DNA of 64,000 bases from positions 90,748 through 154,747 of the forward strand of contig JBOEGD010000016.1 of NCBI GenBank assembly GCA_050633245.1, given 5' to 3'. The translations under genes were made by a program, and so were the position numbers. Position 1 is the first letter of the stretch. The number at the start of each line of letters is the position of its first letter. The stretch is from Calditrichia bacterium. Its GTDB lineage: Bacteria > Calditrichota > Calditrichia > RBG-13-44-9 > J075. Below are positions 19,759-28,252 of this stretch, one piece after another. The notes under the pieces were generated by a model that searched no databases, was not told the origin of the DNA, and saw only the letters and a list, made by a program, of their open reading frames with translations.

Positions 19759-21215
19759 TTGCTAAAAAATTGGTTAAGGGTTTCATCTGATGGTGGTTTT
19801 GTCAGTAGTGAGACAACAACTATTGAGACTATAGACCCAAGTAACATGACGGCAACCGGCATTATTCCGGTTCCTCCCACGGTATACCCGGGGATCTGTG
19901 AACCTGCGTTAAATAGCACTCCCCATAAAACAACCACAGTGAGTGCGGAAGCGATGACACCGGCCTTGGTGCTGCGTTTCCAAAAGAGAGCCGCTACAAC
20001 AATTGGCAGTAATGCAGTAAATCCACTAAACGACCAAATCGCCAGCTTGAAAATGCTTTGATCTGCCACCTGCGAAATGCCATAGGTAACAAGCAGGATC
20101 AGCAGCACGAATAGACGCCCGGTCGCAATCTCTTGTTTTTCCGTCAGCGGCTTCTCCACACGTAGCGGTTCGACTATATCTCGAGTGAACATGGTGCCAA
20201 GTGCCAATGACTGGGAATCGAGAGAGGACATAATTGCAGCAAAAACGCCTGCTGCAAGCAATCCACCCAAAACGCCGGGTGCGTAAGAGCCAATCATTTT
20301 AATCAGAACCGTATTCACTGCCCCGCCTTGCAAACCGGCGAAATCTAAAGTTCCCATCATACCTAAAAGCACACTGGGCACCCAAACGATCGCCATACAA
20401 AGAGGATAAAATATGAGAGGGGTGCGAAAGGTTGCAGCACTTTTGGCAGATAAGAAATGCATAAACAGGTGTGGGAACATGCCTGCTGAAAGTGGAATCA
20501 AGGTATAGGTTAACACTTTTAATGGTGGAATGGCATCGCCGCGCACCAAAAGTTCCGGGCGAGACTGCTCAATTTTATCCAAAATAGCGCTCATGCCGCC
20601 GAGCTTTGAAGAAATGATGTAAAATGCCGTTGCGCCAAGTATCATAAAGATTGTGGTTTGAAAAGTATTTACCCATGCCGTTCCGCGAAGGCCCCCAAAA
20701 GACACATAGGTATAAATCACGGTGCAAATAAGCAATCCACCAACCCAGCGCGGCACATCACCACCGGTTATGGCTTCCAATGTTTGTCCACCACCCATCA
20801 CACCGATTAATAGATAGGGAATCATCAGCGCAACAAGGACGGTAAAAATCAAGTACCCAAGCGCATTGCTATCCCAGCGATTTCGAAAATATTGAACCTG
20901 CGTAATGTATCCATGTTTTTTCCCGATGCCCCAGAGGCGGATTCCCACAAAGTAAAATACCGCCGGAATCATTAACGCTGAAGAAGATGCCATGAGGGTA
21001 AATACACCAAGCCCAATACGATATGATTCTCCCGAAGCGCCCAAAATAGAAAAAGCCGTCATGTGGGTACCAAAAAGCGTCATCAGCAGAACAAACGGGC
21101 CAATCGATCGACTGGCCACAAAGTAGTCTTCACCAGTGCCGCGAAAAAGACGATTGCTAAGCAAGCCGATCATCATAACAGCAGAAAGATAAATTAATAC
21201 AATCGTAAGTATCAT
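19755..21215 (-). CDS. Sodium:solute symporter (SSS, PanF/PutP-like)
   Basis: EDYFVASRSIGP, GGLRGTAWVNTFQ, AAIMSSLDSQ; multi-TM. Confidence 0.92.
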   Translation of the reverse strand: MILTIVLIYLSAVMMIGLLSNRLFRGTGEDYFVASRSIGPFVLLMTLFGTHMTAFSILGASGESYRIGLGVFTLMASSSALMIPAVFYFVGIRLWGIGKKHGYITQVQYFRNRWDSNALGYLIFTVLVALMIPYLLIGVMGGGQTLEAITGGDVPRWVGGLLICTVIYTYVSFGGLRGTAWVNTFQTTIFMILGATAFYIISSKLGGMSAILDKIEQSRPELLVRGDAIPPLKVLTYTLIPLSAGMFPHLFMHFLSAKSAATFRTPLIFYPLCMAIVWVPSVLLGMMGTLDFAGLQGGAVNTVLIKMIGSYAPGVLGGLLAAGVFAAIMSSLDSQSLALGTMFTRDIVEPLRVEKPLTEKQEIATGRLFVLLILLVTYGISQVADQSIFKLAIWSFSGFTALLPIVVAALFWKRSTKAGVIASALTVVVLWGVLFNAGSQIPGYTVGGTGIMPVAVMLLGSIVSIVVVSLLTKPPSDETLNQFFSK

Positions 21216-21427
21216 GATGGCATTTCCTCATCATCATCCAGGTCTGTGGGCCAGGCGTAGGTGACAATTAAATAGAATAGTGCCGAGACGGCAAAGCAGA
21301 AGCCGATTTGATAGGTGAGTCCGATGGGTAATCCCAGCAAGCGAGAAGAATCCTGCCACCACCACAGATCGATGCGCAAGAAATAAAAAAGTCCGAGAAA
21401 GAGTATCAAAACTGAGCGAATAGACAT
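21212..21427 (-). CDS. Small two-TM SSS accessory protein (DUF3311/DUF997-like)
   Basis: DLWWWQD..LLGLPIGL.Y motif; 4-nt overlap with the SSS gene; GGAG SD. Confidence 0.8.
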   Translation of the reverse strand: MSIRSVLILFLGLFYFLRIDLWWWQDSSRLLGLPIGLTYQIGFCFAVSALFYLIVTYAWPTDLDDDEEMPS

Positions 21428-21450
21428 ACAATCTCCGCAGTAACACCAAT

Positions 21451-21492
21451 ATAAAACAGACCCCGGACAAAAAGAGTTCTCCTTCCGGGGTC
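21451..21492 (-). terminator. Rho-independent terminator of rsgA
   Basis: Minus strand GACCCCGGA-loop-TCCGGGGTC followed by TGTTTTAT. Confidence 0.75.
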
Positions 21493-21498
21493 CGATAA

Positions 21499-22563
21499 TT
21501 ATTTTCTTCGCTTTCCAATATCGCGAATCATTTTGGACAACTTTTTAGTGCGCTTATGTTCTTCGATACGCGCATGCGTGTCCTTTTTTCGATTCAAAAA
21601 GCGCAATTCTTTCCGCTGCTTCAAATAACTTTGAAAACGAGCCTGCGAAAGTTCTCCGCTTTCGAGTGCTTCCTGCACTCCGCATCCCGGTTCATTCAAA
21701 TGCTGACAGTCTCTGAAGCGGCAATTTGCTGCAAAAGCATCCAGTTCTTCAAACGTTTGATTCAGCGCATCTTCATCTGCCCAAAGCTGAATCTCGCGCA
21801 TACCGGGCGTATCGATGATTAATGCTCCACCCGGTAGTGCAAACAACTCGCGTCCCGTAGTGGTGTGTCGACCACGACTGTCGCCGGTTCGCACAGCCCC
21901 CATATCACGGATATCAGAGCCGATCAACGCATTCATTATGGTAGACTTCCCTACCCCGGAGGAGCCGATCAGAACAGCGGTTTTTCCTGGCTGAAGATGT
22001 TCATCCAGCTGCTGTAGGCCATCTCCGGATTCAGCACTCATTAAGAGAACCGGAATACCAAATGCAATGGCATCAACCTCAGCTAATACGGTACTGATAT
22101 CTTCACAGAGATCTGCTTTGTTCAAAATCAGAACCGGGTTCGCACCGCTATCCCAAACAAGTGTCAGATAGCGCTCCATACGTCGCAAATTATAATCACG
22201 GTCGAGACCATTAACAATAAATGCGACATCGATATTGGCAGCAATAATCTGCTCGCGCGTTACATTGCCGGCACTTTTACGTGAGAAACAGCTATGGCGT
22301 TCAAAAAGGTGATGCACCATGCCTTCCGCCTGGTCGACAAATGGGCGGATTAATACCCAATCTCCCACTGCCGGGCGATCACCGCCGCGCATTTGCGAAT
22401 GCAACTTACCGGTAAGACGAGCTCTGAAAATTCCGTTGTTGCTTACACAAGTATAAGCACTTTGATCCTGATTTATTATTCTTGCAGGAATGCAGTCTTC
22501 CAATGTCAGATCATCTGCCTGATGTTGAAGTGACTCGTTCCAGCCATATGCCTCTATAGTCAT
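21499..22563 (-). CDS. rsgA: Ribosome small subunit-dependent GTPase A
   Basis: PAVGDWV, AANID, LNKADL (G4), GSSGVGKST (G1), GRHTTT (G2), DTPGMRE (G3), CRFRDCQHLNEPGC Zn finger. Confidence 0.96.
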   Translation of the reverse strand: MTIEAYGWNESLQHQADDLTLEDCIPARIINQDQSAYTCVSNNGIFRARLTGKLHSQMRGGDRPAVGDWVLIRPFVDQAEGMVHHLFERHSCFSRKSAGNVTREQIIAANIDVAFIVNGLDRDYNLRRMERYLTLVWDSGANPVLILNKADLCEDISTVLAEVDAIAFGIPVLLMSAESGDGLQQLDEHLQPGKTAVLIGSSGVGKSTIMNALIGSDIRDMGAVRTGDSRGRHTTTGRELFALPGGALIIDTPGMREIQLWADEDALNQTFEELDAFAANCRFRDCQHLNEPGCGVQEALESGELSQARFQSYLKQRKELRFLNRKKDTHARIEEHKRTKKLSKMIRDIGKRRK

Positions 22564-22567
22564 TAGT

Positions 22568-22625
22568 GATTCCTCGTAAACGATTCAAAAGTCTTCCGGA
22601 GGAATCGGGATCGCCGATTACCTCA
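22568..22625 (-). promoter_or_regulatory. Putative translational attenuator: alternative hairpins that sequester or free the rsgA SD
   Basis: mRNA GAUUCCUC (22606-22599) is complementary to GAGGAAUC containing the SD (22575-22568); GAGGUAAUCGG just after the leader stop can alternatively pair with CCGAUUCCUC. Confidence 0.7.
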
Positions 22626-22676
22626 GGATAATTTATCCGTTTTCGTTACGACAATCTCTACAGTTGCTTTTTTCAT
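22623..22676 (-). CDS. Putative 17-aa leader peptide MKKATVEIVVTKTDKLS
   Basis: ATG 22676 with GGAG SD 5 nt upstream, TGA at 22625-22623; below the ORF-track length cut-off. Confidence 0.7.
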   Translation of the reverse strand: MKKATVEIVVTKTDKLS

Positions 22677-22728
22677 AATATCTCCAGATTTAGAGTGTAA
22701 TCGATAGAATCTAACCCATACAGAGGAG

Positions 22729-22758
22729 ACATTCCAGCTGTTTTCTCAACTGGAATGT
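22729..22758 (-). terminator. 3' stem-loop of the TonB receptor gene
   Basis: Minus strand ACAUUCCAGUUG-AGAAAA-CAGCUGGAAUGU, 12-bp stem with one G-U pair; weak U tract. Confidence 0.5.
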
Positions 22759-22780
22759 TTTCGTAAGGAATGCGCTCTTA

Positions 22781-24964
22781 CTACAGACTTATTTCAAGCG
22801 AGGCAATAGCTTCAAGCGGGCGCCCGGGTATTACGGAGAATGCAGCAACACCCTGCGTCAGGTAAGCTTCATCAGTCAGGTTATTGAGATTAACACTCAA
22901 TCGGTAACCCCCACGCTGATAATATACTGCAGCGTTGAGTAGCGTGTAGGAATCGACCTCAAACGCATTGTCTGCGGCAATAAACTGATTTCCAAGATAT
23001 CGCACACCCGCGCCGGCACCAATCCCGTTTGCAAATTTACCGGAAAGCCAAAGATTAGCAAGATGCTCAGGTGCAAATGGCGCCTTGTTTCCGGAACGAT
23101 CAAGAATTGCACCTCCGGCCAGCGGATCGCTTTCACTAAAATCTTCCAGCTGTGCGTCGTTGTAGGCATAGGCGGCATAGAGGTTTATTCGATCAGTCAG
23201 CTTGGCTGCAATATCAACCTCAATCCCTTTCGAGCGCTGAGTTCCCAAAGCAATGGTTCCCGGGGTTACCGTACTGGGAATTTCAATATTCTCTTTTTGA
23301 ATATCGTAATAGGCAACACTGGCGTTCAATCGACCATCTGCCTTCTGATACTTGGCTCCAACTTCAACCTGGCGACTCTCTTCAGGATCAGAAAAATCAT
23401 CATTAACAGCGCGGGCAGAGTCTACCGTTGCCTGCGTTGATGGCGGTGCAAATGCCTGACTAAAATTGGCATACAGCGACATTTCTTCAGTTGGCAGAAC
23501 GACCAGCCCAACCAGCGGATTGAACTTGGTGTAGCTACGCTCTGAGTTAAAGCTTGCTAATCGACCGCCGGTAGCACCAAAGACAAGCTCGGTGCGCTCA
23601 TCTTCATAATTCAGAATATCCAGTCTGCCCCCAACCAACAGCTCTGTTTTCGGATGCAGCTCGATACGATCGAGAATGTAAGGCGCAAATGTCACTGCGC
23701 TCGCATCAACGTCCTGGAAGAACTGTTGGAAACCCGTTTGCTGACCAGGAACCTGAATAGACGCATCGTCTAGCTGAACAGATGTTCCGCCGGTAAATTC
23801 AAGAGCAAATTCATCCGTCAAACGATTGACTTCCGCTCCAACAAGCAGCTTATGACGCAGCTGTCCGGTTTCAAGTGTCCATAACAACTCCAGCTGATTA
23901 CCCAGCCATACCTGCTTATCATCAAGTGTTGAGAACGATCGGTCTACAAAGCTGGCCATTGCCTGAGGACTAAAAAATGCACCATTCAGCAATGTACCGG
24001 CAGACTCCCAATCCAGGCTTGAGTAGTAAAATTTATTTCGCAGAACAAGACTGCTGCTTAGCTTGCGGTTGTAATCTACTTTTCCACGAATGATGTTCTG
24101 TTCAGAATTGTCATCCTGCACTTCGTAGTTTGTCTCGACATCAACATCCGGCAAACTTACACCGGTTATCTGAAAGGTATTAAAATCCAAATCGAAGGCA
24201 AGCGGAATACCGGAATCAGGTGTATACTCGCTGCGAAGGTATTCGACATCCAGATTGATAAACGAGCGATTGTCAATTTGGTACGTCAATACCGGATTCA
24301 CGCCGAAAGCGCTGTTTTCCTTGTCATCACGATATCCGTCCGACTGTTGAAACATGCCATTTACACGACCGGAGATTTGCCCCGAATTGTTAACAAAGCC
24401 TGCATCAAGCGTAGCGCGAGCAGAGTTAAACTGTCCAAAGTTTCCACCGATGGTCGCAAAGTTACTAAATATTGGCTTCTTATGGACAAGATTAACAGCA
24501 CCCGCCAATGGGTTGCTTCCATACAGAAAAGTAGATGGCCCTTTTAGCACCTCAACACGATCTACATTATACAGATTATAAAAGCTGACCTCGGGTTCAG
24601 GCGTTCCATCAACGAGAACCAGGCCATTTTCCAACGAACTAAACCCGCGGATGTAGAAAAAATCGGCAACGCCGTTTTGCGTCTGTGGATTGACGCCGCT
24701 AACATAATTTAGCGCATTTCCGACAACCTGAGCATTGCCCTCATCCAGCAATTCGCGCTTTACCACGCTGACGCTGGCAGGTGTTCTCAATAGAGGTACC
24801 GGCAGCTTGGTTGCCGTTAAATTATAGGCGGGCAGGTCGCTACTGCGTTCATCGGTAACGATGACAGAATCTTCAAGCGTATACTCAATTATTTCATCCT
24901 GTGCCAAGACAGGAAGCACGCCAGCCAACAAAAAAGTCAGCAAGAATTTGTGCAAAATGCTCAT
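22781..24964 (-). CDS. TonB-dependent receptor (siderophore-receptor-like)
   Basis: Signal peptide, DSVIVT TonB-box-like segment, ATKLPVPLLRTPASVSVV plug, RVEVLKGP..LYG, NLNNLTDEAY, PGRP C-terminal strand. Confidence 0.93.
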   Translation of the reverse strand: MSILHKFLLTFLLAGVLPVLAQDEIIEYTLEDSVIVTDERSSDLPAYNLTATKLPVPLLRTPASVSVVKRELLDEGNAQVVGNALNYVSGVNPQTQNGVADFFYIRGFSSLENGLVLVDGTPEPEVSFYNLYNVDRVEVLKGPSTFLYGSNPLAGAVNLVHKKPIFSNFATIGGNFGQFNSARATLDAGFVNNSGQISGRVNGMFQQSDGYRDDKENSAFGVNPVLTYQIDNRSFINLDVEYLRSEYTPDSGIPLAFDLDFNTFQITGVSLPDVDVETNYEVQDDNSEQNIIRGKVDYNRKLSSSLVLRNKFYYSSLDWESAGTLLNGAFFSPQAMASFVDRSFSTLDDKQVWLGNQLELLWTLETGQLRHKLLVGAEVNRLTDEFALEFTGGTSVQLDDASIQVPGQQTGFQQFFQDVDASAVTFAPYILDRIELHPKTELLVGGRLDILNYEDERTELVFGATGGRLASFNSERSYTKFNPLVGLVVLPTEEMSLYANFSQAFAPPSTQATVDSARAVNDDFSDPEESRQVEVGAKYQKADGRLNASVAYYDIQKENIEIPSTVTPGTIALGTQRSKGIEVDIAAKLTDRINLYAAYAYNDAQLEDFSESDPLAGGAILDRSGNKAPFAPEHLANLWLSGKFANGIGAGAGVRYLGNQFIAADNAFEVDSYTLLNAAVYYQRGGYRLSVNLNNLTDEAYLTQGVAAFSVIPGRPLEAIASLEISL

Positions 24965-25063
24965 CAGCGTTTGCCTCTTTCGATATTAGGGGGTGAGTTT
25001 TTTTGGGTGAAATTTGATGTGTAATGTAGGATTGTCCCGATACGATTTAATCTTTTTCTGGTT

Positions 25064-25095
25064 CTGAGTTTGCTCCGGTCTTGGAGCAAACTCAG
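25064..25095. repeat. Perfect 13-bp inverted repeat (intergenic stem-loop)
   Basis: CTGAGTTTGCTCC-GGTCTT-GGAGCAAACTCAG, ~10 nt after the 25105 stop, no U tract. Confidence 0.7.
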
Positions 25096-25104
25096 CCAAA
25101 GAAT

Positions 25105-26409
25105 TTAACTGTTGAGATTGATACAAAGAATCTCATTCACATTACGCAAGTAAAGACGACCACCTGCAAGCGCCGGAACAGTCCAGCTCTTACCATCCAT
25201 TACCTTTGCACTGGAAACTTCTTTATAACTATCAGACGTTGCTTCAGCGATTGCAAGAGTGCCTTTATCGCCAAGAACAATAATATGCCCATCAGCATAG
25301 ATCAGACTGCCTTCACCGAATCCACGCTGACGCCAACGATCCTCTCCGGTTGCCAGATCGATGCATTTCAACGTCTTTCCGTCGAAACCATAAATCGATC
25401 CATCGTGATATACCGAAGTAGACATTTTATTTTTCATACCGCGCGTTTTCCAAAGCTGCTCGGCTCTCATTCCGGATGCGTCTCCGTTAATTGCGTAGAG
25501 GCCGGCACCCACGTCATATTCAGATGAGATAAAAATTCGATTCGGTGCAATAAAAAGGGGTGTCGCAGCATTCACATCGTAGGATGTTTTCCACTCCGTT
25601 TCCCACAGTATCTTACCATTGTCTGGTGCCAATCCCATTAGCTTACTGCCGGTGAAGCAAACAATTTGTCGGACATCATTAATGGTTACGGCAATCGGAG
25701 AAGAATAGCCTGCAACATCATTTCCGCCCATCCACAACAGTTCGCCGGACTTGCGATCGAAAGCAACCATAGACTTGCCGTTTCCGCCACCAGCTTCAAC
25801 AATAACCGAGTTCCCTTCGATTAGAGGAGAGGTACAGTAGCCCCAACGTGGCATTTCACCACTAGCAATCTTGGCAACATCTTTCTGCCACATCGCCTGA
25901 CCATTCTCGGCATTTAACGCGTGAAGTACGCCAAACGTGCTATAGACGTAGATCATACCGTCGTTGTAGGTTGGCGTAGAACGCGGGCCATCTCCACCCA
26001 TTCGACCGGCAAAGTTATCACCTGTGCGATACTTCCAGACTGTTTCACCAGTGGAAGCATCCAGGCAAACCAAATACTCATCGCTGCCTTTGGCATACTT
26101 TGTATAGGCCTTGGAATTGGCTATAATGAAGGATGTAAATCCATCTCCAAGCTTATGTCGCCAGATAATATCCGGCGTTTTATCCTGCCAATCAGTTTGC
26201 AATCCGGACTCTGTAGAGCGAGCATCACGGGAATTCCCCAAGTATTGCTTCCAGCTCCCTTCAACCGGTTTGCTTTGACTAACCGTTTTTGTCGTCGCCA
26301 CACCAGAATTGCGTAAATCTACGCGGGAGCTTATTTCCGGATCTCCACAGGAAAGCGCAACCGCAGAAAATAAAAAACAAACGCTAAACATTACTAATAT
26401 GTGTCTCAT
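25105..26409 (-). CDS. PQQ-like beta-propeller lipoprotein
   Basis: GGAGG SD then MRHILVMFSVCFLFSAVALS-C lipobox; WKQYLG; repeated LDAxTGxxxW Trp-docking motifs; GPRSTP, WGYCTSP, AGYSSP. Confidence 0.88.
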   Translation of the reverse strand: MRHILVMFSVCFLFSAVALSCGDPEISSRVDLRNSGVATTKTVSQSKPVEGSWKQYLGNSRDARSTESGLQTDWQDKTPDIIWRHKLGDGFTSFIIANSKAYTKYAKGSDEYLVCLDASTGETVWKYRTGDNFAGRMGGDGPRSTPTYNDGMIYVYSTFGVLHALNAENGQAMWQKDVAKIASGEMPRWGYCTSPLIEGNSVIVEAGGGNGKSMVAFDRKSGELLWMGGNDVAGYSSPIAVTINDVRQIVCFTGSKLMGLAPDNGKILWETEWKTSYDVNAATPLFIAPNRIFISSEYDVGAGLYAINGDASGMRAEQLWKTRGMKNKMSTSVYHDGSIYGFDGKTLKCIDLATGEDRWRQRGFGEGSLIYADGHIIVLGDKGTLAIAEATSDSYKEVSSAKVMDGKSWTVPALAGGRLYLRNVNEILCINLNS

Positions 26410-26524
26410 AACAGCCTCCTCATCATATTGCAACCGGGCCTTAACGTTCATACGTAACATTCAGGCCGGAGTTACATTTATTGATACTTAATGCCAATAG
26501 GGTTGAGAGATTTCTTAGCAACAC

Positions 26525-26615
26525 TGTCACGCCGAGCGGAGTCGAGGCGCCAAGCTAAGTAATTTTTGTGGCTGACTTCTCGAAAATGTGCACTTCGACT
26601 CCGCTCAGCACGACA
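26525..26615. repeat. Inverted pair of REP-like palindromic elements
   Basis: TGTCACGCCGAGCGGAGTCGAGGCGC (26525-26550) and CTTCGACTCCGCTCAGCACGACA (26593-26615). Confidence 0.8.
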
Positions 26616-26685
26616 TTTTCTCTTCAACTATTCGCCATAATTTCAACGTGTATTCGCAGAATTTAATAATATTTATTCACTTCTT

Positions 26686-28038
26686 TTATGTGTAACGGGC
26701 ATTTTGATATTGCTCGTCATAAAAAAGCGGCAGAAGTTGATCGACCTGCAACAAGCCTTCGCGCGTTAACGTCACATCCCGATCACTAAAATTCAGCATG
26801 CCGGTTTCTTTCAGCTTATTGTATTGTGGTCCGAATGCCTCGACAATATTTACATCAAATTTGTTAGCAAAGTAATCAACCTCAATGCGTCCCAGCTTAA
26901 GCTGCAAGATCATTTCACGTATCAGCTGATCGCGATTGGTGGTCTGCTTTGCGCGATATACCGGCAATTGGCCCTCATCGAGAGCACCGAGATATTCATT
27001 CCATCGGCTGGAATTTTGATAGTGAATGCCGTCAAAATGTCCAAAAGAAGAAATTCCAGCGGCTAACATATCGCTGCCTTTCCAGAGTGCATCGCGATAG
27101 ACGAACTTGATTTTGCTGCTTTTCTTAACAACCGTATAGGCACTTGAAACGTCATATCCGGCAGCAACAAACTGATCGATGGCATAGCTCTGCCAGGCAC
27201 GCTTGGTATCCCAATCGGCAAAGCTGAGAACTTCAGATTCACCATCACGCAGCTTCTGCGAATAAATCGCATTATGAGGCAATTCCATCTGATAAATTGT
27301 AACGCTGTCGGGATCGTAGTCAATCGCCCGCTGCACCGTTTCTTTCCAGCTCTCCCAGTTGTCGCCAACCATGCCTGCTATTAAATCAATATTCAGCTGC
27401 TCAAAGCCTTCCTGCTTTATCCACTCTCTCACGCGATAGATCTCTTTCGACATATGTGCTCGTCCATTATCGCGCAGAATATCATCATTGAAGTGCTCTA
27501 CCCCAAGGCTAAGACGCGTTACACCGATTTCGCGGATCGCGGCCAATTTACTCTCGGTCAGCGTTCCCGGTTCGCATTCAAATGCGACCTCTTCAACCTG
27601 ATCCCAGGGAAGTGCAGCTTTTGCGTGTTCGACCAGAAAGTGCAGATGTTTTACACTTATGAAAGATGGTGTTCCACCGCCAAAATAGATATAGCGAAGT
27701 GGGCGATTTTGAATCGCCGGCATGTTACCGTAAAGTTCCAGTTCGCGCACCAGCGCATCGAGATAGTTTTGAATCTCACTGCTGTTCTTGCCGGTATACA
27801 CCTTGAAGTAGCAAAATTTGCAGCGCTTGCGGCAAAATGGAATGTGCATATAAAGCCCCAGCGGCTGCTGAGACACGGCAGGCTGCCGTAACTGGTCTAA
27901 AACAGTCTCCACATCTTCATCATTCCAAAATGAGTAAGCCGGATAGTTGGAAACAAAAACGCTACCAACCTGAGTGGAACTTTTTTTATTGGGTGAAGTA
28001 GCGGGATCGGCTTGAAACCGCTTTTCAGCATCGCTCAT
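26686..28038 (-). CDS. HemN-like radical SAM protein (atypical)
   Basis: LYMHIPFCRKRCKFCYF CxxxCxxC, YFGGGTPS, TRLSLGV, NIDLIAG; lacks the HemN GPRYTSYP and HemW HNxxYW signatures. Confidence 0.9.
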   Translation of the reverse strand: MSDAEKRFQADPATSPNKKSSTQVGSVFVSNYPAYSFWNDEDVETVLDQLRQPAVSQQPLGLYMHIPFCRKRCKFCYFKVYTGKNSSEIQNYLDALVRELELYGNMPAIQNRPLRYIYFGGGTPSFISVKHLHFLVEHAKAALPWDQVEEVAFECEPGTLTESKLAAIREIGVTRLSLGVEHFNDDILRDNGRAHMSKEIYRVREWIKQEGFEQLNIDLIAGMVGDNWESWKETVQRAIDYDPDSVTIYQMELPHNAIYSQKLRDGESEVLSFADWDTKRAWQSYAIDQFVAAGYDVSSAYTVVKKSSKIKFVYRDALWKGSDMLAAGISSFGHFDGIHYQNSSRWNEYLGALDEGQLPVYRAKQTTNRDQLIREMILQLKLGRIEVDYFANKFDVNIVEAFGPQYNKLKETGMLNFSDRDVTLTREGLLQVDQLLPLFYDEQYQNARYT

Positions 28039-28126
28039 TATATGGAATCCTCCAAGGGGTTATTTTAAGTCTATTGTTTTTAGTGCGCGGACAAAATAAA
28101 GTATAATGAATAAGATGATTAAAGTT

Positions 28127-28219
28127 TGTCAGGCTGAGCCCTTCGGCTGCGCTCAGGACAGGCTTTGTCGAAGCCCTATTGAGAGCTTTTTTAGCCTCTC
28201 GACTTCGCTCGAGGTGACA
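28127..28219. repeat. Nested/inverted REP-like element cluster
   Basis: TGTCAGGCTGAGC-CCTTCGGCTGCGCTCAGGACAGG-CTTTGTCGAAG and TCTCGACTTCGCTCGAGGTGACA. Confidence 0.75.
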
Positions 28220-28252
28220 AAACTCAAAGATAAAACAATTCTGTCCATCCAA

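Noticed and set aside
26686-28038. Calling the gene hemN or hemW
   Set aside because: Signature motifs are absent and no haem genes are nearby.
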